A program made the translations under genes and the position numbers. Under the pieces are notes generated by a model. The model ran no database searches and was not told the DNA's origin. It saw nothing but the letters and a program-made list of their open reading frames with translations. Positions 38,901 to 49,849 of a stretch of 64,000 nt of DNA are shown in pieces (the stretch's first letter is position 1; each line of letters starts with the position of its first letter). The DNA comes from Camelus dromedarius (Eukaryota). The stretch covers positions 9,548,001 to 9,612,000 of the forward strand of contig NC_087436.1 of NCBI RefSeq assembly GCF_036321535.1, read 5' to 3'.

Positions 38901-39471
38901 TTTTAGAGGTAGAAATATGAATCCAGATATCACCTACAGTGTACAGCAAGGAAGACAACATGCTAACTAAAAGTACAGTAAATGGGAAAATGGTTAAAAG
39001 TTGTATTATTGGTGTTTTCTGACTCTTTTTTGCTCTCTTTACCTCTTTTCACTGTTTTTAGAAAAATTCTATGAGAGAAAGACAGAGGCAGACCATGTTC
39101 TTTTCCCTAGTTTAAACAAGGAACTTACTCTCCTGAGAAGTCAAGGGATCTGTGCAATTTTTGCCAGGTGGTATCTGATTATAGCTCCAAACAAATTATT
39201 AATCAATTACTACATTCATCTGTAATTTCTGATTTATTTAATATGTTTTTTCGGTTTTTGTTTTGGGTTTTTTTGTTTGTTTGTTTGTTTGTTTTACAAT
39301 TTTTATACTGTAAAAAGCCTCATCTGAGCTGGATGAATAGGACAGTTAGCACCAAGAGGTCTGCAACATGGGGCTGGATAAAGTAGTTGAATATCATTCT
39401 AGGATTAGTGTGAGAATAGAATTACGAGGTTTCCTTAGGGAATAAGCAATGTGTTGTATGTAAGAAAATCT

Positions 39472-39740
39472 TGCAGCTGCCTTTGTCTGCCCTAATAATT
39501 ATTTTCTTCTGTTTGCTTAACAATAGGACCCTGATTTTTAGCAGGGTGTATGGCCACTGTAAGTAAATAATGTTTCTCAGCCTGCCTCACAGCTACATGT
39601 GGCATGTGACCAATTTTGGCCAACCATATAAATGGAAAAGCATTGTGTCCAACATGTTGGAAATGTTCTTAGAGTCAGCTCCTGCCATTCTTTGCCCCTT
39701 CTCCCTTTATTATGGCTGTATTATGATGTCATGACTGGGG
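39472..39740 (+). mobile_element. MLT1 (H/I/J-like) LTR 5' part
   Basis: taacaataggaccctgattttt...tttctcagcctgcctcacagctacatgtggcatgtgaccaattttggccaa. Confidence 0.7.
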
Positions 39741-42350
39741 GGACATCAGCAAAAATAACCTAGTAAGAACTTCGGAATTCAGCACATGGAATATAGCTAA
39801 TATGTTATAATAACTTTATATGGAGTATAATCTATAAAAATATCAAATTACTATGTTGCACAACTAAAATATTATTGTAAGTCAACTATACATCAATAAA
39901 AAAGAACCTCTGAAAATGTGCCTTTCCAAAAACAGTAAAAAACACGCAACAATTGTCAGAACAAAAATTTTCAGAACTCATGAAATTAACCAGTAGCTCT
40001 CAGCAACCTAGGAAACATTTATATAAGAATGATAGCAGAAGATAGATAAGAAAAATAAATTCTAAGGTATTTTAACTTGCTAAAGACCCATCCCCTGCCT
40101 CTTAGCTCAATGGCAGTATTAGAAATAGCAGTACAGATTCCCAGTGCTGGTGAGAGCAGAATGAAAATAATTCACAAAGAATTGTTATTATTTTACATGT
40201 CTCATGGCTCCTTGGCAGAGCTGCTTAAAAGGCTTGTCTTTATTAAATCTGAGTCAGAGCTTGCTCAGAGCCAAAAGCTGCTCATAGGCTGGCTTTTGCT
40301 GAAAATACTTACTGGCAGCTGTTTTAAAGGCATGGCTATTTGAACCAATGGGTAATGGGTGGAATAAACAATAGTCTAACCAAAAAACCTAATAGCAAAA
40401 GCTGAGAAATAAGATATCTACAAGAACTTTAAAAAGCTCCAGCATATTTCTGGGAATCAACAAATCCATGCAAATAAATTGAGATGTGCACTTGCCCAGG
40501 AGAGACCTCAAAAGGTCCTAAGATTTCACTCCCAGTTGCTCTTGCTACTCTGTGTAAGCAAAACCTGAAGAGGCTGAGCCAAGTTTTAAACTACCTGGCT
40601 CAGTGCTGAAGACAACACACGCAGAGCTCATTGGTAAATGTTGGGAAATTTACTGGTTGCCGGCACTTAAGGAAATCTCTGAATATATGATATTATTCAC
40701 TGATGACTTAGCTAATTGAGTAGAGAATTCAGTGGCCACACATGATAATTAATGCGGAGTACACAGAATTCATCAAGAAAAATCATTAAACAGACTACAA
40801 CAGCTACAATAAGGAACAACAATAAACTCTGGAAGACAGAAGAGTTTCTAGAACATCTGGTTTCTAGAGTTACTTCATTCTATTATTTAAAATTTACTGT
40901 TTTAAACAAACCAAAAAAAAAATATATATATATATATGGGGCATCCAAATAAACAAAGTATGGCCCATACACAGAAAAAAATATAAAGTAATAGAAAGTT
41001 TTCGTGAGGAAACGGAGACATTAGACTTACTAGACAGAGATTTTAAATCAAAAAAATTTAAATACATGCAAAAATCTAAAAGATACAGTCTTTTAAAAAA
41101 ATTTTTAAAAAAGTATAAGAAAAATATCTTATCAAGTAAAGAATATAAATAGAGAGTTAGAAATAATAATAAAAAAAAGAACAACGTGCAAATTTTGGTG
41201 TTGAAAGTTAAAATAGCTAAAATTAAAAATTTGTTGTGGGGACATAACAACAAATTTAATCAAGAGGAAGAAAGGAAGAAAGAGTCAATGAAGTTAAAGA
41301 TAGGTCAATTTAGATTATTCTACCCTAGAAACAGAAAGAAATAAAAGAATGAAGAAAAATATTCAAAACTTAAGAAACCTGTGGGATACCATCAAACTTA
41401 TCAACTTATGCCTAATGGGAATCCCAGAAGAGGATAAATAGAAAGGAGCAGAAAAGATATCTGAAGAAATAGTGGCAGAAAGCATCCATAATAATTTGAT
41501 GAAAAACTAATCTACACATTCAGGAAGGTCAATAAACTCTAAGTTGGCTACACTCAAAATGATCCAAGCTTCGGCAATTACAGTTAAACTACTGAAAGCC
41601 GAATACGAAGAGGATCTTAACAAGCATCGGGAGAAAGTGGCTTATGTTGAACAAAAGATCCTCAATAATCATAACTGATTTCTCATCAAAGATGGTGATG
41701 ACATAAGGCAGTGTGAAAACGTATTCAAAGTCCTGAAATTTTGAAAATAAATAAATATAAAGCAACCCATCAACTAAGAATATTACACTCAGGGAGACTA
41801 TCCTTTAAAAATCAAAGAGAAATTAACACAATCTCTGATTTAAAAAAAAAAAAAACAAGCTGAGATTCTATTACAATCTGACACAACCTTATTAAATTGT
41901 ATCATACAATACATGATCATAAATAATCACCAATGATGCAGAATCATAACATAAATACAATCTGTTACAATTCTGATACAATCATATTAAAATTATTTTT
42001 TTCATGCTGAAATGGAAGAACACTAAATATTAACTCAGAGTCACGTGAGGCAATACAGAGCATCAAGGAAGGTAACTGCATGAGGAAGAATAAAAAATAG
42101 CAGAAATATATTTTCCATTTGCATTTTTTCAACCATTTAAAAAAATCTGCAGAGAACAATAATTATAAATATATATTTACATCAGAAAATGTACACAGAT
42201 GCAATTTGTGATAATAAGGGTATAAAAAAGTTAGAAATGGTGGTGCAGTTTTTGTACACTATTGAAATTAACTTGATACTAACCCGAAGATGCCACAGCT
42301 GCATGATACGAAAGGATAAGGTAAACGATGAAGCAATACAGTACAGCAAC
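39740..42350 (+). mobile_element. Old L1 (L1MB/L1M4-like) 5' UTR, ORF1 and inter-ORF remnant
   Basis: ggacatcagcaaaaat...; ORF1 text acctgtgggataccatcaa...gggaatcccagaagagg...gaagaaatagtggcagaaa; no intact frame. Confidence 0.8.
39781..39903 (+). mobile_element. Short L1 3' end nested in an L1 5' UTR
   Basis: agcacatggaatatagc...gtaagtcaactatacatcaataaaaa; degenerate TSD aagaacttcggaa / aagaacctctgaa. Confidence 0.8.
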
Positions 42351-44469
42351 TCGTGTCCTTGACAACTGAAAATCAACGTAAGTTAACTTCTATTTCTTGC
42401 CTTGGATCCTTTGACATGAGACGAAACTTTTAAAATCCACTGTTATTTCTAGTTTTTCTGTTTCTTACCGTGAAATTTAACATGAAAGGTGCCCATCAAT
42501 TTTCCCACTTTGGGAAAGTCAGTTATCTGGTTAGTACTCAAAGTATTGCGTTGATAAAAGATATCCCAAGCGTATCACACTCAACTTCTAAGAAAGGTCC
42601 CAGTATCACCACAGTAGGACCAGCCCTTCTTCATTTCTTGTATCAGAGGCCAGACTTTCTCTTCATTCTCCATTTCCCTCGATGTTGAATCAGAATCAGA
42701 GATTTACTTTCTCCAGCTTTATTCTATTTTAAAGCCCCATTCCCAGAAACAGTCGCTAATCTATGTTTTGTTTTATTTAGGGAAACAGCGTTTAGAAAAA
42801 TGGACCTAAGAATTTAAGCACATGTGTGCCCAGTTCAAACTAAGTGCTACAAAGTCATTACTCTGGGTTTCTAGTGCAGTGCTTGGAGGTTTAGAAACAT
42901 GGTGACATCATTTTTCTCTCATTTCCATACATCTGAAGAGTAGAATCAGTCAGAATTTTAATAAACCCCTTAAAAAACCAGAAATAGTTGTGTTCATAAA
43001 CTTTACTACAACTTCCTTCCTAATATAATATAAAAAATGGAAAAGTTCATATGTATGCTTTTTTTTAAGGTTTTTTTTTTTTCCTTTGTCAAGATACTTA
43101 ACTTGATCAATGTTATTTTCCTTGTCAAGATCTTCATGAAGAAAGGGGAACTTAAATTGTGAGAGAAGAAATGTGCTAATGCCTCAAAAATGCATTTTAT
43201 TCCACGAAGAACTGTTTGTAGGACACCTCAGATCAATTGAGAAAAAAAGGTTTTTCATCATTTCCAACCTCTTTGGGTTAACTTCTTTGGGGATAGTTGG
43301 AAATGTACCAATCTTTAAGTAAAGTTTTGTCAATGTTAAAAATTCTGGAGTATCAAAAAGAAAAAATACACTCTTATGATGAACAGACATTTGCTCCTCC
43401 TTCTTTAGGGGTCCTAGCCAAGTTAAGCATATTTTAACTCTTCTTTTGAGTTCTTAGAATTTATGATGCTTGGATTTATGCTTCTCTGTATGCTTAATTC
43501 AAGAGCAGTTAAGGATACTTTGCCTAAATTAAACTAAATGAAATTCACACTATAAAATAGTACATAATTTAGCAGGCAGAGATAAATCAAACTTCCTAAA
43601 AACCATGTACAACTTTGAAATTGAATCCAGTCTTAATACACCCTCATGGCAATCTCTGAAAACTCCTGCATTTAACTGCACTTCAACACTTCTACCCTGA
43701 ACTTTGCCAATTTAACACAAGAAGAAAAAATATAAAGGTAATTTGCTTGTTAGAGCAACAGGGGAGAAAAGGAAATCTGAAATTTTCATCTGCAGAATGA
43801 CAAATAATTTAAATATAAGAATTAACAGACAAATGATTTATTTAAAGCAATCATTTGGACAATTGTTACGCTATCTCAATTCATTTCTGTTAATTCTTTA
43901 TGTTATTTACTGTACTTCTCAAGAGTTAAAAGGAAATTTAAGTCTATAAATACCATATAGCTTGGTATTTTATTAAAAATATCAAAATAAAGTGCAAAAG
44001 GCTCTTTTTAACAGGTCATTTAATATGTCCTCTCAAGATAAAAAATGGAAAAGCAAAAAAAAGCCATAATTATAAAGACTAGCTTTAAAAAATGACTTTG
44101 CCTTTTGAGTATCACATAAATTGCTTATGCTCTACCCTTTGTCACCAGATATAAGAGTTATCAGGAACATTATCTGTGATAGATTTAAAACCATTCCCAG
44201 TAAGTGGATTCTTTTTAAGAACAAAGCTTGTTTATTTACCCTGTTTTCAAAATTTTCATTCCACAGCAAGAACTTTGATCCAATCATTGATGAAATAAAA
44301 TATACTGAGTTATCCAGAAAAAGCTTTAAAATAACAGTAGTTATTTTAATTGTTTAAACACATTATTTTTAGCCTAAGAATTGAATATTATTCAATTATT
44401 TAAAATATTAAAATGTTAATGTTATTTAACATAGTCAAAATACATTTGCAAATGAGATATTTTGCCTCT

Positions 44470-44850
44470 TTTTACAGATGAAGATACTAAGATTCAGTAT
44501 TATATGTTTCAGGTGAACAACATAGTGAGTCACAATTTTTTAAAGTTATATTCAATTTATAGTTATTGTAAAATACTGTGATATTCCCGGTGTTGTACAA
44601 TACATCCTTGTTGCTTATCTATTTTATATGTAGTAGTTTGTATTAATTTCTTAATCCACTAACCCTATCTTGCCCCTCCCCCTTCCCTCTCTACATTGGT
44701 ATCAAATTAATTTCTTCTCTATACCTGAGTCTCTTTCTTTTTTGTTATGTTCACTAGTTTCTTTCATTTTTTTAGATTTCACATATAAGTGATGTAACAC
44801 AGTAATTGTCTTTCTCTGTCTGACATTTCCCTCAGCATAACACCCTCTCT
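44470..44850 (-). mobile_element. Artiodactyl-type L1 3' end
   Basis: tttcaggtgaacaacatagtgagtcacaa...tagatttcacatataagtgat...ctcagcataacaccctct. Confidence 0.88.
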
Positions 44851-44869
44851 TTTAGGAAAGTCTTATTTC

Positions 44870-45270
44870 TAATTTTTGAACTCAGAAATACATCAATCTA
44901 GTTCCATCTCTGGACTTTTATGCTTGTTCTTCTCTGCGCTTGGATGTTCTTTCCCTAAATCTTCACTTGGTCTTTTTCTTCAGCCAGAAAGAATATCAGC
45001 TCCTCAGAGAAGCCTTTTTTCTAACAAAACTGGCTATAGCAGCTACTTCCCTCTATCTTAGTAATGCTCCAGCACATTTTCCTGTTGTTTTTCTAGGATT
45101 TATCATAATTCGAAATTATTTCATCACTTTTTAGTTTGCTATCACATCTACCAAGAGAACGTCAGCTTATTGAGGATGTTACTGATTTCTCTTACTTAAT
45201 TTTATATATTCAATGTCTGGAGTAGCTCTTAGAACACTTGAAACAAATAAATATTTAATAAACTAACAAA
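44870..45270 (+). mobile_element. L2 3' end
   Basis: cagctcctcagagaagcc...gaacgtcagcttattgagg...aataaatattt. Confidence 0.7.
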
Positions 45271-46223
45271 TTAATAGAAAATATATATTTATGGGGGCAG
45301 GCTCTTCAAGTTTCAGGACAGTTCATGACTGTAATATTTTCCCTCATGCTGTGATGTCCCTAATTCTTTATTATAAACACATCCACTCTAAAATTCTCCT
45401 TTTTTTAAATTTAAATGTAATCCACCAAAATAAACTCTAATTAGAATTCCTCTGTCCCAAATTTTTGTTTTGCAAACTTGGACTTAGTATATCTCACTCT
45501 TTTTGTTTTCTAAGTTTATACTCTTCATTCTCAATGTAGACTCATATTTCTTGGAAACAATAATTTTTGAAATATTATTGCTATTCATTTCTCTTTATAT
45601 ACAGAATGAATAATGTACTTATTTCTATAATAAAATGTAGTTGACAAAATGTTGGCTTATGGTCATAAGGAAGTAAGTGTGATCAGACATCCTTTTGCCA
45701 TAAAATATTGGAAATAGGACAAAATATATAAAGCAACTATTTTCTGACATTGGACAACAGATGGTATGATATCAAGATCCTGGAGAGAAAATAAGCAAAT
45801 AAGAGAAACTCTATAATTTCTTCAGTTTTCTGCCTGGTGGGAGTCTGAATTGTGAAGCACAGATGGGACTCCAAGCAGAACATGAGGGTTCACACTGAGT
45901 TGAGGAGAAAGAGATTAGAATTTAGGAAGACTCAGGAGGGTGGAATTTTTATAGCAGAAGTCAAAAGAGAAAAGACCAAGAGGAAAAAGAGCTACAGAAA
46001 TCCTCTTAGAAGGTCCGTGAGGATTTTGCTGAGTCCTAAGCTGCATATGCATACCATGAAAATCCATGAGGCGGAGAAAGGATACAGGGGAAGCTCTAAA
46101 CTAAATAGTTCATAGGATTAACACAGGCTGGGATCTTTCACATTATCAAGATGGATGAAGGGTCTGTTAAACACCTGAAGCATCCAGTAGAATTCATGAA
46201 AGAGTCACCCTTTATCAGTAGGG

Positions 46224-47158
46224 TGTCAAATGAAAAAAAAAAATGCACAACCAAAAAGTTGAGAATTACGTTTTACTCAGAAGACATTCTGAGGACATAT
46301 ACCCAGAAGACAGCCTCTCAGATCGCTCTGAGGGACAGCTCTGAAGAGGAAAGGAGCAACCAGGATATACAGAACGACAAACAAAAACCAGGTAGTCCGA
46401 ATATCAAAAGATTATTATTAATTAAAGACAACCAGTCACCTCAAGTTAATGAATTTACCACTTTTCTATGTGGGAAGGTACAAGAATCTGGATATATTGA
46501 AACCAATTCCTTTGATATGCACCTTAAGTATCCAAGGTCAGTATCTTCTTCTTTTCCATCCTGAATCCCTTCGGGGTCCACTTTTGGTGGTGGCTGCATT
46601 GACTGAAGACTTGGTGGTCAAACACCCTCTGTTTACTAATATGACAAGTGGTGTTGTTGCAAAACTGGCCTCTGCACCCCCCGAAAGCCAGATTGAGACT
46701 TGGAGGCAGAGTTTTGAAAGAATCAGAAAAGAGCAGATTTATTGCTTTGTCAGGCAAAGGGGAGTTACAGGGGCTAATGCCTTAGAGACTGTGAATCCCT
46801 CTTGGGGTTGGGATCTTGAGGTTTTATAGAAAAACTGGCTCAAATAGAAAAGGTGGTAACTATCAGGGCACTTTACAGGATGCTGCTACATTCCTCTTAA
46901 CCTAGATGAATCTTTCTGGCATCATGGGGGAACAGCGGAGGGTCTGTCCATTCTTGTGAGATTATCAGCCCATTACCTTCTTCCTAGAGCACAGCCTCTG
47001 GGTTAAAGAATGTAAGGGAAGATTTTGGAGGTTGTTGAACACAAAAGCAGTAAGGGAGAGAAAGCAAACTGCAGGACTTCTTAGAAAGAAATCAGCAAGC
47101 AGTTTTAGCAGCAGGAGAGCGAATTTGTTACCTGTTCCTTCAAAATTTTTCATCTGCA
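46224..47158 (-). mobile_element. ERV1 solo LTR, MER4-group-like (copy 3 of 3), interrupted near its end
   Basis: tgtcaaatgaaaa...gtttactaatatgacaag, resuming atttttcatctgca; TSD aggg / agcg (1 mismatch). Confidence 0.85.
46655..47142 (-). mobile_element. Second ERV LTR nested in copy 3
   Basis: tgttgcaaaactggcc...cctgttccttca; antisense polyA signal (tttatt near 46738) and TATA (ttttata near 46822); absent from copies 1 and 2. Confidence 0.75.
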
Positions 47159-47667
47159 AGCGAGGACTGTAGATTAAATATTAATCTAAACCAACCCAAA
47201 ATGCTTCTTATACGCTTTAAAAATCATATTTATTACAAATAACGTAAGTGCCTCCTAAAACAACATCCAACATTATTTAAGGAAACAACAAAATCCAACC
47301 CTCAATTTCATAAGTGTTACAATATCGACATGTAAACAGGGCGAGCTGTAAAGATGGTGACACACAGGCTCCTGAAATCCCCTCCTCCTACAAATGCGCC
47401 AGACATACAATTACACATGGTGCAATTTGCTCTGAAAGAAATCCAAAAACTAGCTGAGCGACTCCTACACACCAGGCAAACTGAAAAATACATGCATAGG
47501 GATGGGTGGGAAAGGCTGAGACACGCTGCGTCATAAACCCCACCCCAGCACAGTGCCACACAACTGGAAGGACACCTCCAACCCCCAGCTCCTCCCTGGG
47601 GAGTGAAGGGCTTGGACCCCACATCTAGCATCCCAACTTCGAAGACCCCCTCCTGTGGGATGGCCCC

Positions 47668-48106
47668 TGTGTGGTCAGGCCATTCAGGATAGCTGTCCTC
47701 TTGCTCTCTGACCATCCCCTGCTCAACCAGCGCCTGCTTCACCTACACCCAGGGCACATGACTGCCCTTCCTACATACTTGCCCTGGGTCCCAGCTAATG
47801 ATTGTTCCTATCAAAGAGGCAGTGAGGGGCATTTCCCTCTGTTGGGTTGCCTAGTAACAAATGAGCCAACCTGACATCAATTCCCCAATAGTTGCTAACC
47901 TCCCCTGGCCCCTGGGAGTGAAGACTGACACCACCACGTCCTGCCCACTGCACACGGCTGGGTGTTGCTGCAGGACCCGACTTCAGGCATGTAAGCTCCC
48001 CCATCCATTAAGCCACTGATGTCTCTGTTGCTGAGTCTGGGCTCTTTCTTCAGTCTTGAAGCTGGATGGGTGTAAGCCTTATAGGATTGTGAGGTGCAGC
48101 TCAATA
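47668..48106 (+). mobile_element. ERV solo LTR inserted in an L1 5' UTR
   Basis: Begins tgtgtggtca, ends gctcaata; TSD cccc on both sides; host L1 rejoins as gatggcccc|caaaacacc. Confidence 0.7.
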
Positions 48107-48217
48107 CCCCCAAAACACCTAACCCTGAGAGCCAGTGGGGCTTGTGGCCACAAGACCCTTAGGATGACAGCAAACAAAGGAGCACTCACTCACTGTAGCT
48201 GTTCTGCCAGGACTTAG

Positions 48218-48668
48218 TGTAACTGAGCAGCCCTGCCTGGGGCAGACCCCTCCCCCAGCTCCTCCGCGGCAGCTCCATCTCTAGGTAGCACATCTGATGC
48301 ACACTTCCCGAGTTGCTTTACAGACGCTAAAACCACCGCCAAATGGAAGGAATTAATTGCTTGATAATCATGAGCTCCCAGGCCGACAGGTATCTAAGGA
48401 TTGATAATATTAACCACCCTGTTACCTCAACATTAACCAATCAGAGAATCATGCATGAGCTGGTCACATACTCTGAGACTCTCCATCACTCATCTGGCTT
48501 TAAAAAATACTTTGCTGAAACCCCACGGGGAGTTTAGGGTTTTGGGGGCACAAGCCACCTGTTCTCCATGCTCGGTCCTGCAATAAACATTTCTCTGCTC
48601 CAAGCTTTGACGTTTCTGTGTGTTTGATCTCACTGTGTGTTGGGCACATGAACTCGCACTGGGTCACG
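48218..48668 (+). mobile_element. ERV1 solo LTR inserted in an L1 5' UTR
   Basis: tgtaactgagcag...ccaatcag (CCAAT)...tttaaaaa (TATA-like)...caataaac (polyA signal)...; TSD ttag / ttaa. Confidence 0.8.
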
Positions 48669-49259
48669 TTAACACAGAAGGAGCAAGCAAAAAATGCCCA
48701 TCTCCCAGTCTTTCTCTGAATGGGGTCTATTTCCACACTTGGAAAGCTACTGCCTGAGGGTCAGGTTTCTAACTTAGCAGAAATCTAGGGACTGACTGCA
48801 GTCCCGCCCAGAGACCAGGGAAGCTGGCAGACACTGACCTTCTTGTGGCTTCACTCTCTAGCCTGCTCCAAGTCACCAGCCTTTCCACAGAAGGAGTTGG
48901 TAGACACTATACACATTTGCACCTTAGCTTTTGCAGCTGCCACCCGAGGAACAGGTCCCCTGATCTTCTGGCTCTGATATCCAACAGGGCTTCCATTTAT
49001 TAGCCCCGCAGGGCTCAAGCAAATGAAGAGGTAGTTCTTAAGTGCTATCCTTACAGGGCTGGTAGCTGAGCAGCCCAAAGGCCCGTTTCCCAGTCTTTCC
49101 CAGAAAGAGGTCTATTTACATACATTAAAAGCTGCTGCCTAAGGGTCAGGCTTTGAATATGAGAGCTTAAGTGCATTTTTAAGGAAGAAAGAGCAAGAAC
49201 TGATAAATGATTAAATATTTTAAAATGGCAGAAATGGTCAAAAAATGAAATTACTTGAC

Positions 49260-49753
49260 TATTATTATTTTAATATTTTTTGAAGTCTGCTTGATTTATA
49301 ATGTTAAGTTCAGGTGTTCAGCAAAGCAATTCAGTTATACATATACATCCATAAATATTTGTTTTCAGATTCTTTTCCGTTACATGTTATTACAAGAAAT
49401 TGAACAAGTTTCCCTGTGCTATACAGTAGCTCATTCTTGTTTATCTATTTTATATATTGTAGTGTGTATCTGTTAATTCCAAATTCCTAACTTATCCTGC
49501 CCTCTCCCCTTTGGTAACCATAGTTTGTTTTCTATGTCCGTGAGTCTATTTTTGGTTTTTAAATGAGATTTGTATCTATTTTTTCAGATTCCACATATAA
49601 GTGATATATGCTATTTACTTTCTCTGTCTGGCTTCACACAATATGATAATCTCTAGGTCCATCCATGTTGCTGCAAATGGCATTATTTCATTCTTTTTTA
49701 TGGCTGGAGTAGTATTCCATTGTATATATACCAACATCCTCTTTATCCAGTCA
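49260..49753 (-). mobile_element. Artiodactyl-type L1 3' end
   Basis: ttcaggtgttcagcaaagcaattcag...ccctgtgctatacagtag...ctctaggtccatccatgttgctgcaaatggc. Confidence 0.9.
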
Positions 49754-49849
49754 TGGCAAAGATTTGATTAAATTAAGGGGCTTGAGAGGAGGAGCATATC
49801 CTGGATTGTCTTCTCAAGGACCTTAAATGGTATGACTTGTACCTTATAA

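Larger units (their letters stand above)
45650..47315 (+). mobile_element. Old L1 (L1MC/D-like) 5' end hosting nested LTRs
   Basis: ggacaaaatatataaagcaactattttctgacattggacaacag...agtcaccctttatcagtaggg|...|aggactgtagattaaat. Confidence 0.7.
47345..49160 (+). mobile_element. Laurasiatherian L1 (L1MA/L1M3-like) 5' UTR hosting two LTRs
   Basis: aagatggtg...cctgaaatcccctcctcc...ctgaaagaaatccaaaaactagctgagcgactcctacac; internal repeat 48697-48772 / 49082-49158. Confidence 0.75.

Noticed and set aside
42400..43600. Possible ERV-internal or LTR remnant
   Set aside because: The resemblance is too vague to assign a family, strand or boundaries without a database search.
48697..49158. Roughly 75-bp direct repeat 385 bp apart
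   Set aside because: Best explained as the internal repeat structure of the host L1 5' UTR rather than a separate element.
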